DNA of 64,000 nt from Candidatus Falkowbacteria bacterium. GTDB lineage: Bacteria; Patescibacteriota; Patescibacteriia; Patescibacteriales; UBA12075. Both the position numbers and the translations under genes were made by a program. Shown here in pieces: positions 27,100 through 36,017 of the stretch (positions within the stretch are counted from its first letter, which is position 1; each line of letters starts with the position of its first letter). The stretch lies in NCBI GenBank assembly GCA_003514005.1, contig DOSJ01000006.1:66281-130280 (forward strand), read 5' to 3'. The notes below the pieces were generated by a model. It saw only the letters and a list, made by a program, of their open reading frames with translations, was not told where the DNA came from and made no database searches.

Positions 27100-28320
27100 A
27101 TGAAAAGATTTATATTTACAGTTATCGTATGGGGAATAACATTTTTCGTTTTTTCCCCTATTCATGTTTCTGCTGAATCAATAACTTCAACAGCGGACAA
27201 CAAAGTTCAAATCGGAGATGTATGGTACAATAACGGACAATCCGCTCCATGGGTGCAAGCGGGTCCTGCTGGCAATAACAATCCCTTGAATCCCTTGCAA
27301 AACGCAGGTCAGCAAGAAAAGGGCCCAAAAACATACCACACCCTATACATCAGCAATCTGGATGGGTTACCGGTTGATAGGCTGAGATCTATGGCAAACA
27401 TAGTGTCTCCTGACAGAGTAAAATTTATTGACGAACCTGCTACCATAGATAGATCTTTATCAAATATATTTTTTTGGAAGCCTGGTGAAGAGATATCCGG
27501 AACGTATCTGAACACCGTTGTTATCGTCGGTGAAAAAAATGAAAATCGCGAAAGTATTGAGGCACGTGCCGCGGTTGAAATGCACAAATACACAAACGGC
27601 AATTATTGTCATGTTTCCACTCTGGTTCGTGAAAAACAAGATTCAATGACACGAAGTGCCGGTGGTGGAATTACACGGATATTATCCGACATCGCATCTG
27701 TCGCCTTTGGTTTTTTACTTTCAGATTCCGAGCTTGAAGCCGGAGAATACCTAATCTACTTGGCTAAAATGTACTATGTAGATCCGGCTGAGATTAAAAG
27801 AATAAAAAGCGAAAAACCATCAACAAGCACAAAACCGGCTACAACAACTCCGGTCTCTGCGCAAACCCCACAGACAGAATTGAATACATCTGTGCCACCG
27901 CAAAAAACCGAATCTATTGCATTTTCACCAATGCCGGTTAAACTTGATTATGATATTGCCATGCCTTACGATGACCAATCACCGACTATATGGTTATGGG
28001 GAAAGGTGTTTTATCATCTTTTCAAAAATAATATCAAAATAATCATAAAAGGTTTTTGCGATGTGCGCGGCGGTGAAGACTATAATCTGGATCTCGGTAA
28101 ACATCGAGCGGAAAATGTAAAAATGCTTGTGGAAAAAGCGATGTTACTGCAAAATCCACCGGAAATGCACGCACAAATCAAAGAGTATTTCAGAACAATG
28201 GTTATTGCGGATACTGCCGGCGAATCAGAAGCGGCGTTCGGTCCGGAAAGACACTATGATGATCGCAGAGTCGATTTCATTGTAGGTGGAAAGAATATAA
28301 CCCTTCCCAATTTGATGTAA
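27100..28320 (+). CDS. secreted protein with P/T-rich linker and C-terminal OmpA-like peptidoglycan-binding domain
   Basis: Signal peptide ...SPIHVSA. AGGAGGA SD. Linker KPSTSTKPATTTPVSAQTPQ. OmpA_C-like KGFCDVRGGEDYNLDLGKHRAENVKMLV...DDRRVDFIV. Confidence 0.7.
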   Translation: MKRFIFTVIVWGITFFVFSPIHVSAESITSTADNKVQIGDVWYNNGQSAPWVQAGPAGNNNPLNPLQNAGQQEKGPKTYHTLYISNLDGLPVDRLRSMANIVSPDRVKFIDEPATIDRSLSNIFFWKPGEEISGTYLNTVVIVGEKNENRESIEARAAVEMHKYTNGNYCHVSTLVREKQDSMTRSAGGGITRILSDIASVAFGFLLSDSELEAGEYLIYLAKMYYVDPAEIKRIKSEKPSTSTKPATTTPVSAQTPQTELNTSVPPQKTESIAFSPMPVKLDYDIAMPYDDQSPTIWLWGKVFYHLFKNNIKIIIKGFCDVRGGEDYNLDLGKHRAENVKMLVEKAMLLQNPPEMHAQIKEYFRTMVIADTAGESEAAFGPERHYDDRRVDFIVGGKNITLPNLM

Positions 28321-28331
28321 GGAGACAGATA

Positions 28332-29078
28332 ATGATAAAAAGCATATTGTTGTCGATAGTATTGTTTGCATTTATATTTACCGGTTGCTCAGGCCTTCAA
28401 ACCAAAGGACTTGACCCCAGCACTTTTAAACAAGTAAATGTATCCGCAGATACTAGCAAGGATACGGAGACAGAAGATCTTTCAGGAACTGAAGAAACGG
28501 CACCTGTCGCTCCTGCAAAAGAAGGAAAAGTGCAATCAAGCCCTTTAAGTAGTGCAACAGATGGCTCCGCGCCGCCATCTTTGGGTCTTGAAAAAAAGAT
28601 TACCCCCAAGGAAAATAAAGGACCGGCCGAAAATTCAAAGGCTAAATCCGGCTCCTCGGCAAAACAAAAACAATCGGAAAAATCCGGTTCGTCGGATGGC
28701 GGAAATACTTCCGCACTCTGGGGTGAGATTAACAAGCTCAAAAACAGAGTCGGCGGGCTTGAAGATTTGGTTGAATTTGCGCATGAAGATAAAATTCACA
28801 ATAAATTGGCATTCTTTAAGCCAGGGTCGGAGCAATTCACCAAAGAAGGTGAAGCAGCCCTGAACGAAATCGCAACCAAAGCAAGTCTTGTCCTGATAAA
28901 AGGCAATGCAAGCAAAAGCGGAACCGCTACCGCAAACCAAATTCTTTCTCAAAAAAGAGCTGACGCGGCCGCAAATCTCCTTAAAGCCAAAAACCCAAAT
29001 CTCGTAATAGAGATCAGGGCAAATGGCGAAACAGACAGGTACGGAGAAAACAAAAACATCTCAATTTCTTGGAAATAA
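28332..29078 (+). CDS. lipoprotein with disordered S/K/E-rich region and degenerate OmpA-like C-terminus
   Basis: Lipobox-like LFAFIFTGCSG. AAGGAGA SD. C-terminus GNASKSGTATANQILSQKRADAAANLLK...IEIRANGE. Confidence 0.6.
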   Translation: MIKSILLSIVLFAFIFTGCSGLQTKGLDPSTFKQVNVSADTSKDTETEDLSGTEETAPVAPAKEGKVQSSPLSSATDGSAPPSLGLEKKITPKENKGPAENSKAKSGSSAKQKQSEKSGSSDGGNTSALWGEINKLKNRVGGLEDLVEFAHEDKIHNKLAFFKPGSEQFTKEGEAALNEIATKASLVLIKGNASKSGTATANQILSQKRADAAANLLKAKNPNLVIEIRANGETDRYGENKNISISWK

Positions 29079-29130
29079 TCCAAGAAAAAACCCCTCTGAT
29101 TTTAAATCAGAGGGGTATTTTTTTATAAAA

Positions 29131-32100
29131 CTATTCCGAAATATCTTGAATCACTTCCTTAAAATCTTCTTCTTCAATATTTTCTATAACATTCATGTCC
29201 TTTTCACTCACCAACTCATTAATTGTTTTTAAGCTTTCCGGCTCAAGTTTTTCCAATGGGACTTTTTTTCCAAAACCGAGAAAGGTTGACTTAACCCCCC
29301 AGGCCTTTTCTTTTTCCGGCGAATCCAATCCGATTAGGTTATTTTTTGTATCAATTAGAATACTGGTTCCCTCTTTGCCGTTTACGTCATTAATTGTAAG
29401 CAAACCGTTTTCATGAACCGTAAATCCAACCGGTTCTTCCGGCTTATAGTTTAGCTTAAACATGCTTTTTATACCATCACTTTTTTCAGAGTCATTACCG
29501 GCGAATATTTTTAAATAATTCAATTGCAAATCTTCATTCTCCTTAAAGCTGATCGGCATATTATCTATTATTTTATCCAGATTTTCCTGTTTGAGATGTG
29601 TTTCAATAAATTCTTTTACAATCGCTTCGTTCCTATTTTCCATTGCACTCGCCGTTTCGGAATTACCCGCATTTGTGAAAAATTCCTGACCACTACTTGC
29701 TTCCGATTTTTCTTGCGGTATATTAAAGCTACTACTCGTCAAACCCTTCTCTCGCCCTGCCTCATCCATCCGAATCGGCGTATTATCACCTGTCCGATCA
29801 AGCGTCACTTCAATTTTTCCGTCTTCGATTTTAATATTTTCTCCACTACCTGCAGACGAATTTTCAAAAGTAGTATTTGGCAAATCAGGCTTGGCGTCGC
29901 CACCCCTTGTCCCATTGATTTCATCACGCAATACTTTTAGTTTTAGCGCGTCCATCCGCAATTGTTCTTCGCTCGAGACACGAGCATCGCTAAGACCATC
30001 ACCTTTAAGAATCTTAAAGCTTCCGTCGGTGTTAAGCTGTCCGACATTGCCCTCATACACAAGATTTTCAACATCATCACCATCCCCGGTTTTCAAATTC
30101 AAAACCGATAATTTTCGCACTGCCCTCTTTATCAATTCCGCGCGATTACCGTCATCAATCGCGACACTATCGTCTTTTAAATAATGTCGAATAAAATTAT
30201 CCTGCGTTTTTACGTCCGATTTTTTCGCCGCCTCATAAGCCGCCTCGGAAAAAGTATTTATCTTGCCGCCAATAGTAACTTCAGTTAAATTCTCATTTAC
30301 TTCTTCCGGAGACGGAATATAATCTGAAACGCGTAATTCGCTATCCGCGCTATCAGGCGACGGCATATAAATCTTATCCGACTCATTTACTGATATAGAA
30401 TCAAATGTCCTTGATCTGGCGGTAATTGTATTTCTTGCGTCATTATTTTTTTTATTCTTAAGGTTTTTTTCGATCAAGCTTTTTAAATCCAAATTTTGTT
30501 CATTCGTTTCAGAAACATTCCACAATTCCCAGGCATTCATAGCAAATAATCTAAGCGAATCAATCATCATTAATGAGCTTGTAATTTTTGCTCCTCGCTC
30601 AACAGAGCGACTGACATACGCAACCGTATCAACCGCACCGGCATCACCAACCATGCGATCCAAGTCGTTTATAAATGACTCGTTTCTTAAAAGCAATTCT
30701 TCTCTTTGTTGTACTTTTTTACTGTCGCTTAGTCTGGGATTATTTTCTATTTTTTCCAATTTTGCATTCAGTTTATGCAAATATGAGTTTACGCCCTTGC
30801 TATTGTCAACACAAAATTTCCACCATTTCGTATACCCAATCTCGCCTCTGGAAAATCTTTTTTGCAAATCTTCTGGCAATTGCTTTTTGTATTCGGATTT
30901 GAATTGTTCGATTACTTCGGTTTTTATATACTGTTTAAGATTTTTTTCATCAAATTTCCCTGCGCTTTTATCCTGCTCTATCCGCGCTTGATCAAGAACG
31001 CTATTTGATGCTTTCTCGCCCTTTTTCATTTTTTTAAGCTCATCTTCTCCAAAAACATTCTCATAAATAGCATAAGCTTCTTCCATGGCTCTGCCCATAT
31101 CTTTTTCAGCTTTTTCGTATTTGCTTAAATCCTCTTTGTCTAATTTATTTTTTTCAGCCTCAATTTCCGCATCTGTTCTCGCGCTGTTTGTTCCATCCGC
31201 GTTTTTTATATATCTGACTTTTTCATATATCTCAAAATCACTCTCTTTGCCGACTCGCGTATTTTCCATTGCCTTTTTTGATTCAAATCGAGTTTCTTTC
31301 AATGCTTCTGCGCTTCTTCCAAGAAACATTGCGCCTGCGGTAACGTGGCGAAATGGATTCAAATTTTTAAAAGACCCGTGCAACATAAAATCATATACGA
31401 TTTTGCCATATTTCAAGAACACGCCAGCCCCTTTCCCAAAACCAACACTAGTACTTATCTTTCCTTTTCCCACCATTTCTCTTAGCTTGCGATCATTATC
31501 GGCTGATTTGTGAAAAATATTCGCATAATTATTAAAATACTTTCCAACAACACCTGCTTTCCCTTCAAATCTATTTCCAATCGCAGAAAACGCGGATGCC
31601 ATGGCAACATTTTTCTTTTCCGACGCCCAATAACCGATATTTCCAATACCTTCATACCATTTCTTTTTTTCCGCGACTGGCAATTCGTCTATTCTATTAA
31701 GCTCCTCTGCCAAGGTTTTATTAATCTCTGCTTTCTGTTCTTTTTTATTATCATTAATCAAATCTAAAATTTCTTTTTTTGTTTTTACTTCTTCCCTTTC
31801 TAAATTAATTTTATAAAACGCTTCTGTTTCATCATAATCCTCAAATTCATCTTTTTCTCTTAATTGCTCTTCTTTTTTATTATCTATTTTACGATTATCA
31901 CTTTCGTCAATATGCACCATACCCGCTTCAGTGCCCGCATAATAGTCTTCGTCATTTTTTTCTTTCTGCTTATTATCTTCAACGGTATCAGTCAACTCAA
32001 TAATTTCTTCTTTATCTTTATTATTTAAATCTTCATCATTTTCCAATACTGTATATTCCACATCAATAGGTGGCTCACCGTTATCATCTGCCTCGGTAAC

Positions 32101-33225
32101 ATCAACTGAATCAACATTAATTATATATGGTTTAATTTCTTTGGTTTGTGCTTCTTGATCTTTATTCAAGTCTTCATCCAAACTATTCAATATAAAATCA
32201 ATCTCTTTTTGAGTAACATCTGAAATATTATCCTCGTTATTACCACTCTTTTCTTCTTCAATCGACTCTGGTTCTTTCAAAATTTCATCTTTTATTTTTT
32301 CTTCACTTAATTGAATATTTTCAATTTTTTTCGTAATAATACTTACTAATCTTTGCGCATTAAAATTATTTTTATATATTTTTTCCAGCTTCGTTCTGAT
32401 GTCATCTAATTTTTTAATCAATTTTTCACCTTTTAAATTCTTATGGCTAATTGCATTATTATAATCATTCAACAAAGCATCATAACTTTGCGATTCATAG
32501 CTTTTTATTTCATTATATGTTTCTCGATCTATTATTTTTTTATTTTTTTCTGCATTTTTTAAATATTTTTCCGATTGTATTTGTTTTGATATTTTATCAT
32601 TTTCTAAAACAACATTATCTGGCTTGGCCGCTGACGCTACTGCCTTATCTTCATTTTCAAGACCAATTTCTTCGTCTTTTTTAAATTCAAAACTACTTAA
32701 TTCATCAAAGCCGGATAATGATTTTTTTTCTTTTTTTTGTTTTTTAACTTTTTCAGTTTTAGGTGGCACTAGATTATCAAAACTTTTTTCATGAATTATC
32801 ACATTACCGATACTGGCAAGAATATTCTCAATTTTATTTTTTAATACTGCTTTCTCACTATCGTCAAATTGCTGTTCATTTAAATTACTTAATAATTTTT
32901 CAAGATTACTTTTTTTCTCATCATCTGACACTTCACTCAATAAAATATCAGAAAATTTATCTTCCAAACTTCCAATTATTTTTCCTATTTCTTGTAATTT
33001 ATTTTCAGATTTATTAACACTGCTCTTTCTCGTATCTTCATTAACAGAATTTAATTTTTCACTACCAAATCTTTTCACAGGAGTGCTTTTTTTTCTTATT
33101 CCGTCAATTATTTTTTTTCCTGCATTAACATCACCACCAATTAAAGCTTCGGGATTACTGTTTAATATATTTTTTTCTATACGAGCATTTCTTCTTGTTA
33201 TATCAGTAATTTTTTCTTTTACCAT
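29131..33225 (-). CDS. giant (1364 aa) K/E/D/N-rich hypothetical protein, no signal peptide
   Basis: Single uninterrupted ORF with long charged, coiled-coil-like tracts. Has a central Gly-rich/hydrophobic block (AMASAFSAIGNRFEGKAGVVGKYF...GFGKGAGVFLKYGKIVYDF). No SD. Confidence 0.65.
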   Translation of the reverse strand: MVKEKITDITRRNARIEKNILNSNPEALIGGDVNAGKKIIDGIRKKSTPVKRFGSEKLNSVNEDTRKSSVNKSENKLQEIGKIIGSLEDKFSDILLSEVSDDEKKSNLEKLLSNLNEQQFDDSEKAVLKNKIENILASIGNVIIHEKSFDNLVPPKTEKVKKQKKEKKSLSGFDELSSFEFKKDEEIGLENEDKAVASAAKPDNVVLENDKISKQIQSEKYLKNAEKNKKIIDRETYNEIKSYESQSYDALLNDYNNAISHKNLKGEKLIKKLDDIRTKLEKIYKNNFNAQRLVSIITKKIENIQLSEEKIKDEILKEPESIEEEKSGNNEDNISDVTQKEIDFILNSLDEDLNKDQEAQTKEIKPYIINVDSVDVTEADDNGEPPIDVEYTVLENDEDLNNKDKEEIIELTDTVEDNKQKEKNDEDYYAGTEAGMVHIDESDNRKIDNKKEEQLREKDEFEDYDETEAFYKINLEREEVKTKKEILDLINDNKKEQKAEINKTLAEELNRIDELPVAEKKKWYEGIGNIGYWASEKKNVAMASAFSAIGNRFEGKAGVVGKYFNNYANIFHKSADNDRKLREMVGKGKISTSVGFGKGAGVFLKYGKIVYDFMLHGSFKNLNPFRHVTAGAMFLGRSAEALKETRFESKKAMENTRVGKESDFEIYEKVRYIKNADGTNSARTDAEIEAEKNKLDKEDLSKYEKAEKDMGRAMEEAYAIYENVFGEDELKKMKKGEKASNSVLDQARIEQDKSAGKFDEKNLKQYIKTEVIEQFKSEYKKQLPEDLQKRFSRGEIGYTKWWKFCVDNSKGVNSYLHKLNAKLEKIENNPRLSDSKKVQQREELLLRNESFINDLDRMVGDAGAVDTVAYVSRSVERGAKITSSLMMIDSLRLFAMNAWELWNVSETNEQNLDLKSLIEKNLKNKKNNDARNTITARSRTFDSISVNESDKIYMPSPDSADSELRVSDYIPSPEEVNENLTEVTIGGKINTFSEAAYEAAKKSDVKTQDNFIRHYLKDDSVAIDDGNRAELIKRAVRKLSVLNLKTGDGDDVENLVYEGNVGQLNTDGSFKILKGDGLSDARVSSEEQLRMDALKLKVLRDEINGTRGGDAKPDLPNTTFENSSAGSGENIKIEDGKIEVTLDRTGDNTPIRMDEAGREKGLTSSSFNIPQEKSEASSGQEFFTNAGNSETASAMENRNEAIVKEFIETHLKQENLDKIIDNMPISFKENEDLQLNYLKIFAGNDSEKSDGIKSMFKLNYKPEEPVGFTVHENGLLTINDVNGKEGTSILIDTKNNLIGLDSPEKEKAWGVKSTFLGFGKKVPLEKLEPESLKTINELVSEKDMNVIENIEEEDFKEVIQDISE

Positions 33226-33354
33226 AAATTAATATTATTTATTAACCTACCCCTATTTTACCAAAAAAACGTCTTTTTCACAACAAAAAATATTACTATA
33301 AAATATTCCCTAGCATTAAATAAATTTTGAATATAAAAATCTTGCCCAAAAACG

Positions 33355-33383
33355 TTGACAAAACCAAAAAATTATGCTAACGT
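33355..33383 (+). promoter_or_regulatory. sigma70-like promoter P2 (paralog of P3)
   Basis: TTGACA, 17 nt spacer ending in atgc, then TAACGT, followed by ttgatATTCTGAACctt. Confidence 0.6.
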
Positions 33384-33450
33384 TTGATATTCTGAACCTT
33401 AAAAAAAGAATAAATTAAACATATAAAATCCTTTTAACCAGGAGGTAAAA

Positions 33451-34824
33451 ATGAAAAAACTTGTTATCAGTTTACTGTTTGTCATGGCAGTGGTTTTTTG
33501 TTTTTCCGAAAAATCCTTTGCATCTAACACGATTACATCAACCGAAATTGACGACATCAGAACAATCAACAAACTTGAAATTAATTTTTCTTCCACCCCC
33601 GAATACTCAACCATAAACTACAAAGACAAATTTGGAAACAGTGTTTATGTTTTTGATTTTCCCGATACTGAACTCAGTGGAAAAAACCGCTGGTATTCAC
33701 CGGGGAGCGGAGAAAGCGGCATCAAGAAAATTTCCGTTGTGCGTTATAGTGAAAAAACTGTGCGGGTTGTCGTAACGATAAAGGAAAATTTTGCCGTAAG
33801 CAAGGTTGATGAGGGCAAAAAATTGAGCTTTACAGCCAAAAATGTTTCAGATGCTAAAAAGATTAAAGGCGTCAAACCAACCCTGAAAAACAAGATTAAA
33901 AAATCGACTATTGATGATTCGGCAAACATAAAAAAAGTTGTTGTTGAGTTTGAAGACAAACCAAAGTATGAAAAATCCTCATACGTTGATATGGGTGTGC
34001 GTTTCTGTATTTACAATTTTCCCAATACCGGACTAAAAGAAAACGATTGGCATCTGCCGACAGATCTGGGAAGCGAGATTGAGCAAGTATCTATAGTCTC
34101 CTTTAATCCGCAAACGGCAAGAATTGTAATTCGGGTGCCGGAAAATATCGGCATCAAAGAAACGGTAAAAGATAATGAAATAATTTTTTCATCGTTTGTA
34201 AAAAAAGAAACGATTGTTAAAAAATTGCCTGAGAAAAAAATCATAACCCTGCCCGCTGAATACCTTGCGGCTGAAAAAGATAAAACCAGGAATGAAGTGA
34301 TCAAAAAACCGGAAATTGAAAAGGTTCAAATTTCAGTACCAGTACAAACCGTATACAAGATTTATGACAATAAAGATATTTCTAGAATACCAATACGAGA
34401 AAAAAAACAAGAAAATGAATTTGTCAAAAACTACCCAATAATTGATAATCGACCACCAATGGTCAAAATCGCAATCGATCATCCCAAAATAGACGAAAGG
34501 ACGTCATTGGAAGAAAACAACATATTACCAAATATAATAATGAGATTTTACATTAAGGACGATTACGCAAACAATATTGCATACGACTTTTATAATATGC
34601 CCGTAGTTGAAGACTGGCATGATCTGTTCAAATCTTTTGAAAAAAATGAAACGGAAGATATTTCAATAGAAATGCTCAAAAGAGTAGCAAAAGGCGAACC
34701 GCTTCCGGTTTCCTTGGATTATTACCTAAAAACTAATCAAAACCCGAAGAATTTTCTGGTTGAAGCAACAAACAGTGAAATTGATAAATCAATACTTGAA
34801 TTTATACGAAATAACCAAAAATAA
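33451..34824 (+). CDS. secreted protein with two AMIN-like domains and an unknown C-terminal domain
   Basis: Signal peptide ...KSFAS. AGGAGGT SD. Two repeats with the AMIN pattern (INFSSTPEYS...ISVVRYSEKTVRVVVTIKE and VVVEFEDKPKYE...VSIVSFNPQTARIVIRVPE). Confidence 0.7.
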   Translation: MKKLVISLLFVMAVVFCFSEKSFASNTITSTEIDDIRTINKLEINFSSTPEYSTINYKDKFGNSVYVFDFPDTELSGKNRWYSPGSGESGIKKISVVRYSEKTVRVVVTIKENFAVSKVDEGKKLSFTAKNVSDAKKIKGVKPTLKNKIKKSTIDDSANIKKVVVEFEDKPKYEKSSYVDMGVRFCIYNFPNTGLKENDWHLPTDLGSEIEQVSIVSFNPQTARIVIRVPENIGIKETVKDNEIIFSSFVKKETIVKKLPEKKIITLPAEYLAAEKDKTRNEVIKKPEIEKVQISVPVQTVYKIYDNKDISRIPIREKKQENEFVKNYPIIDNRPPMVKIAIDHPKIDERTSLEENNILPNIIMRFYIKDDYANNIAYDFYNMPVVEDWHDLFKSFEKNETEDISIEMLKRVAKGEPLPVSLDYYLKTNQNPKNFLVEATNSEIDKSILEFIRNNQK

Positions 34825-34846
34825 AAAAGCAGAAAAGGCTGCAAAC

Positions 34847-34878
34847 AAAAACAGGACATAATATCAGTCCTGTTTTTT
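34847..34878 (+). terminator. intrinsic terminator
   Basis: acaggac-ataatatca-gtcctgt + TTTTT. The flank is homologous to 38011-38074. Confidence 0.75.
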
Positions 34879-34996
34879 AATTTGAAAAAATCAACAGAAA
34901 AAATCAACTACTTTACAAAATAAAAAAAATATTATACACTACTCTATGATTTAATAAAAAATCATTTTAAAACGAACCTTAAAAAAGGAGAGAAAA

Positions 34997-35803
34997 ATGA
35001 AAATTTATACTTATGTAGCAACACTGATTATCGGATTTTTATTTGGATTTTACAATTATACTTTTGCGGCAGAGTACCCATTTTCCGGAGAAGATTTGGC
35101 AAAGCTAATGGTTGATGCAGACCGTGGTCAAACGAGTCACCAGATTGGAAAAACCATACTCTATAACTTCAAAAACGGGGAATGGAAAATACGCCAGGAA
35201 CGTGATACGGAAATGTATTTTCGAAGAAATGGAAAAACGGATGAGCAAAAAATCGAATTTTTGTCTCCGTCCGACGTACGCGGTGTTACTTTCTTGACGA
35301 AAGATCAGGAAGGAACAGAGAATGATGAAACCTATACCTATATGCCTGCTCTGAAAAAAGCTTTTCGAATAAAGGGTAATAACCAATTCAGAGAATTTAC
35401 CAATACGGATTTTAAAAGTCTGGATTTACAAAAATTCAATCCTGATGAATTTTCATTTAACATCACAGGTAAAGAAAAAATCCAAGGACATGAGTGTTAC
35501 ATTCTAGAATCTATTGTTAAATCAACCAGTGATGAGCAATATGATAAGATTGTGTTTTGGATTATGTCGGACTCATACCTAGTTCTAAAGGCTCAGTTTT
35601 ACCACGCTAGTGAAAAAAAAGATGGGTTTTTTAAAGAGCTCCGTATAGAAAAACTGGAAAAAATTTCCGATATCTGGACACCAATGCATACGATCATGGA
35701 AAATTTTGTTAAAAAATCCAAAACAGAAATACAAACAATAACGGTTGAGTATAACTCTCCGCTTGATCCCGGTATTTTTTCCAAAAATTCATTCTACAGA
35801 TAA
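34997..35803 (+). CDS. LolA-like outer-membrane lipoprotein-sorting fold protein (DUF1329/LolA_like type)
   Basis: N-terminal signal/anchor. AAAGGAGAG SD. Pattern FLSPSDVRGVTFL...YTYMPALKKAFRI...FTNTDFKSLDL...GHECYILES...IVFWIMSDSYLVLKAQFY...W matches my recollection of the LolA_like family. Confidence 0.65.
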   Translation: MKIYTYVATLIIGFLFGFYNYTFAAEYPFSGEDLAKLMVDADRGQTSHQIGKTILYNFKNGEWKIRQERDTEMYFRRNGKTDEQKIEFLSPSDVRGVTFLTKDQEGTENDETYTYMPALKKAFRIKGNNQFREFTNTDFKSLDLQKFNPDEFSFNITGKEKIQGHECYILESIVKSTSDEQYDKIVFWIMSDSYLVLKAQFYHASEKKDGFFKELRIEKLEKISDIWTPMHTIMENFVKKSKTEIQTITVEYNSPLDPGIFSKNSFYR

Positions 35804-35813
35804 TTTCATTCTA

Positions 35814-35851
35814 TAAGCCCATTTGCAAAATCATACAAATGGGCTTATTTT
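35814..35851 (+). terminator. intrinsic terminator
   Basis: taagcccatttg-caaaatcata-caaatgggctta + TTTT. Confidence 0.75.
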
Positions 35852-35863
35852 AGTTGAATACTA

Positions 35864-35891
35864 TTGACAAATTAGAAAAAAGTGCTAATAT
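35864..35891 (+). promoter_or_regulatory. sigma70-like promoter P3 (paralog of P2)
   Basis: TTGACA, 16 nt spacer ending in gtgc, then TAATAT, followed by aagaaATTCTGAACatt. Confidence 0.6.
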
Positions 35892-35919
35892 AAGAAATTC
35901 TGAACATTGAAAATTTAAT

Positions 35920-35985
35920 TTATGATTCATCTCAAGAAGCATGCTTTATTACTTTAAAAAAGGTTTTTCTTGAGATGAATCATAA
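35920..35985 (+). promoter_or_regulatory. perfect 19-bp stem hairpin in the 5' UTR of the AMIN/barrel gene
   Basis: ttatgattcatctcaagaa (35920-35938) is the exact reverse complement of ttcttgagatgaatcataa (35967-35985). Ends 32 nt before the ATG. Confidence 0.7.
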
Positions 35986-36017
35986 AAAACTGTAAAAACA
36001 AATTGTGGAGGTGAATT

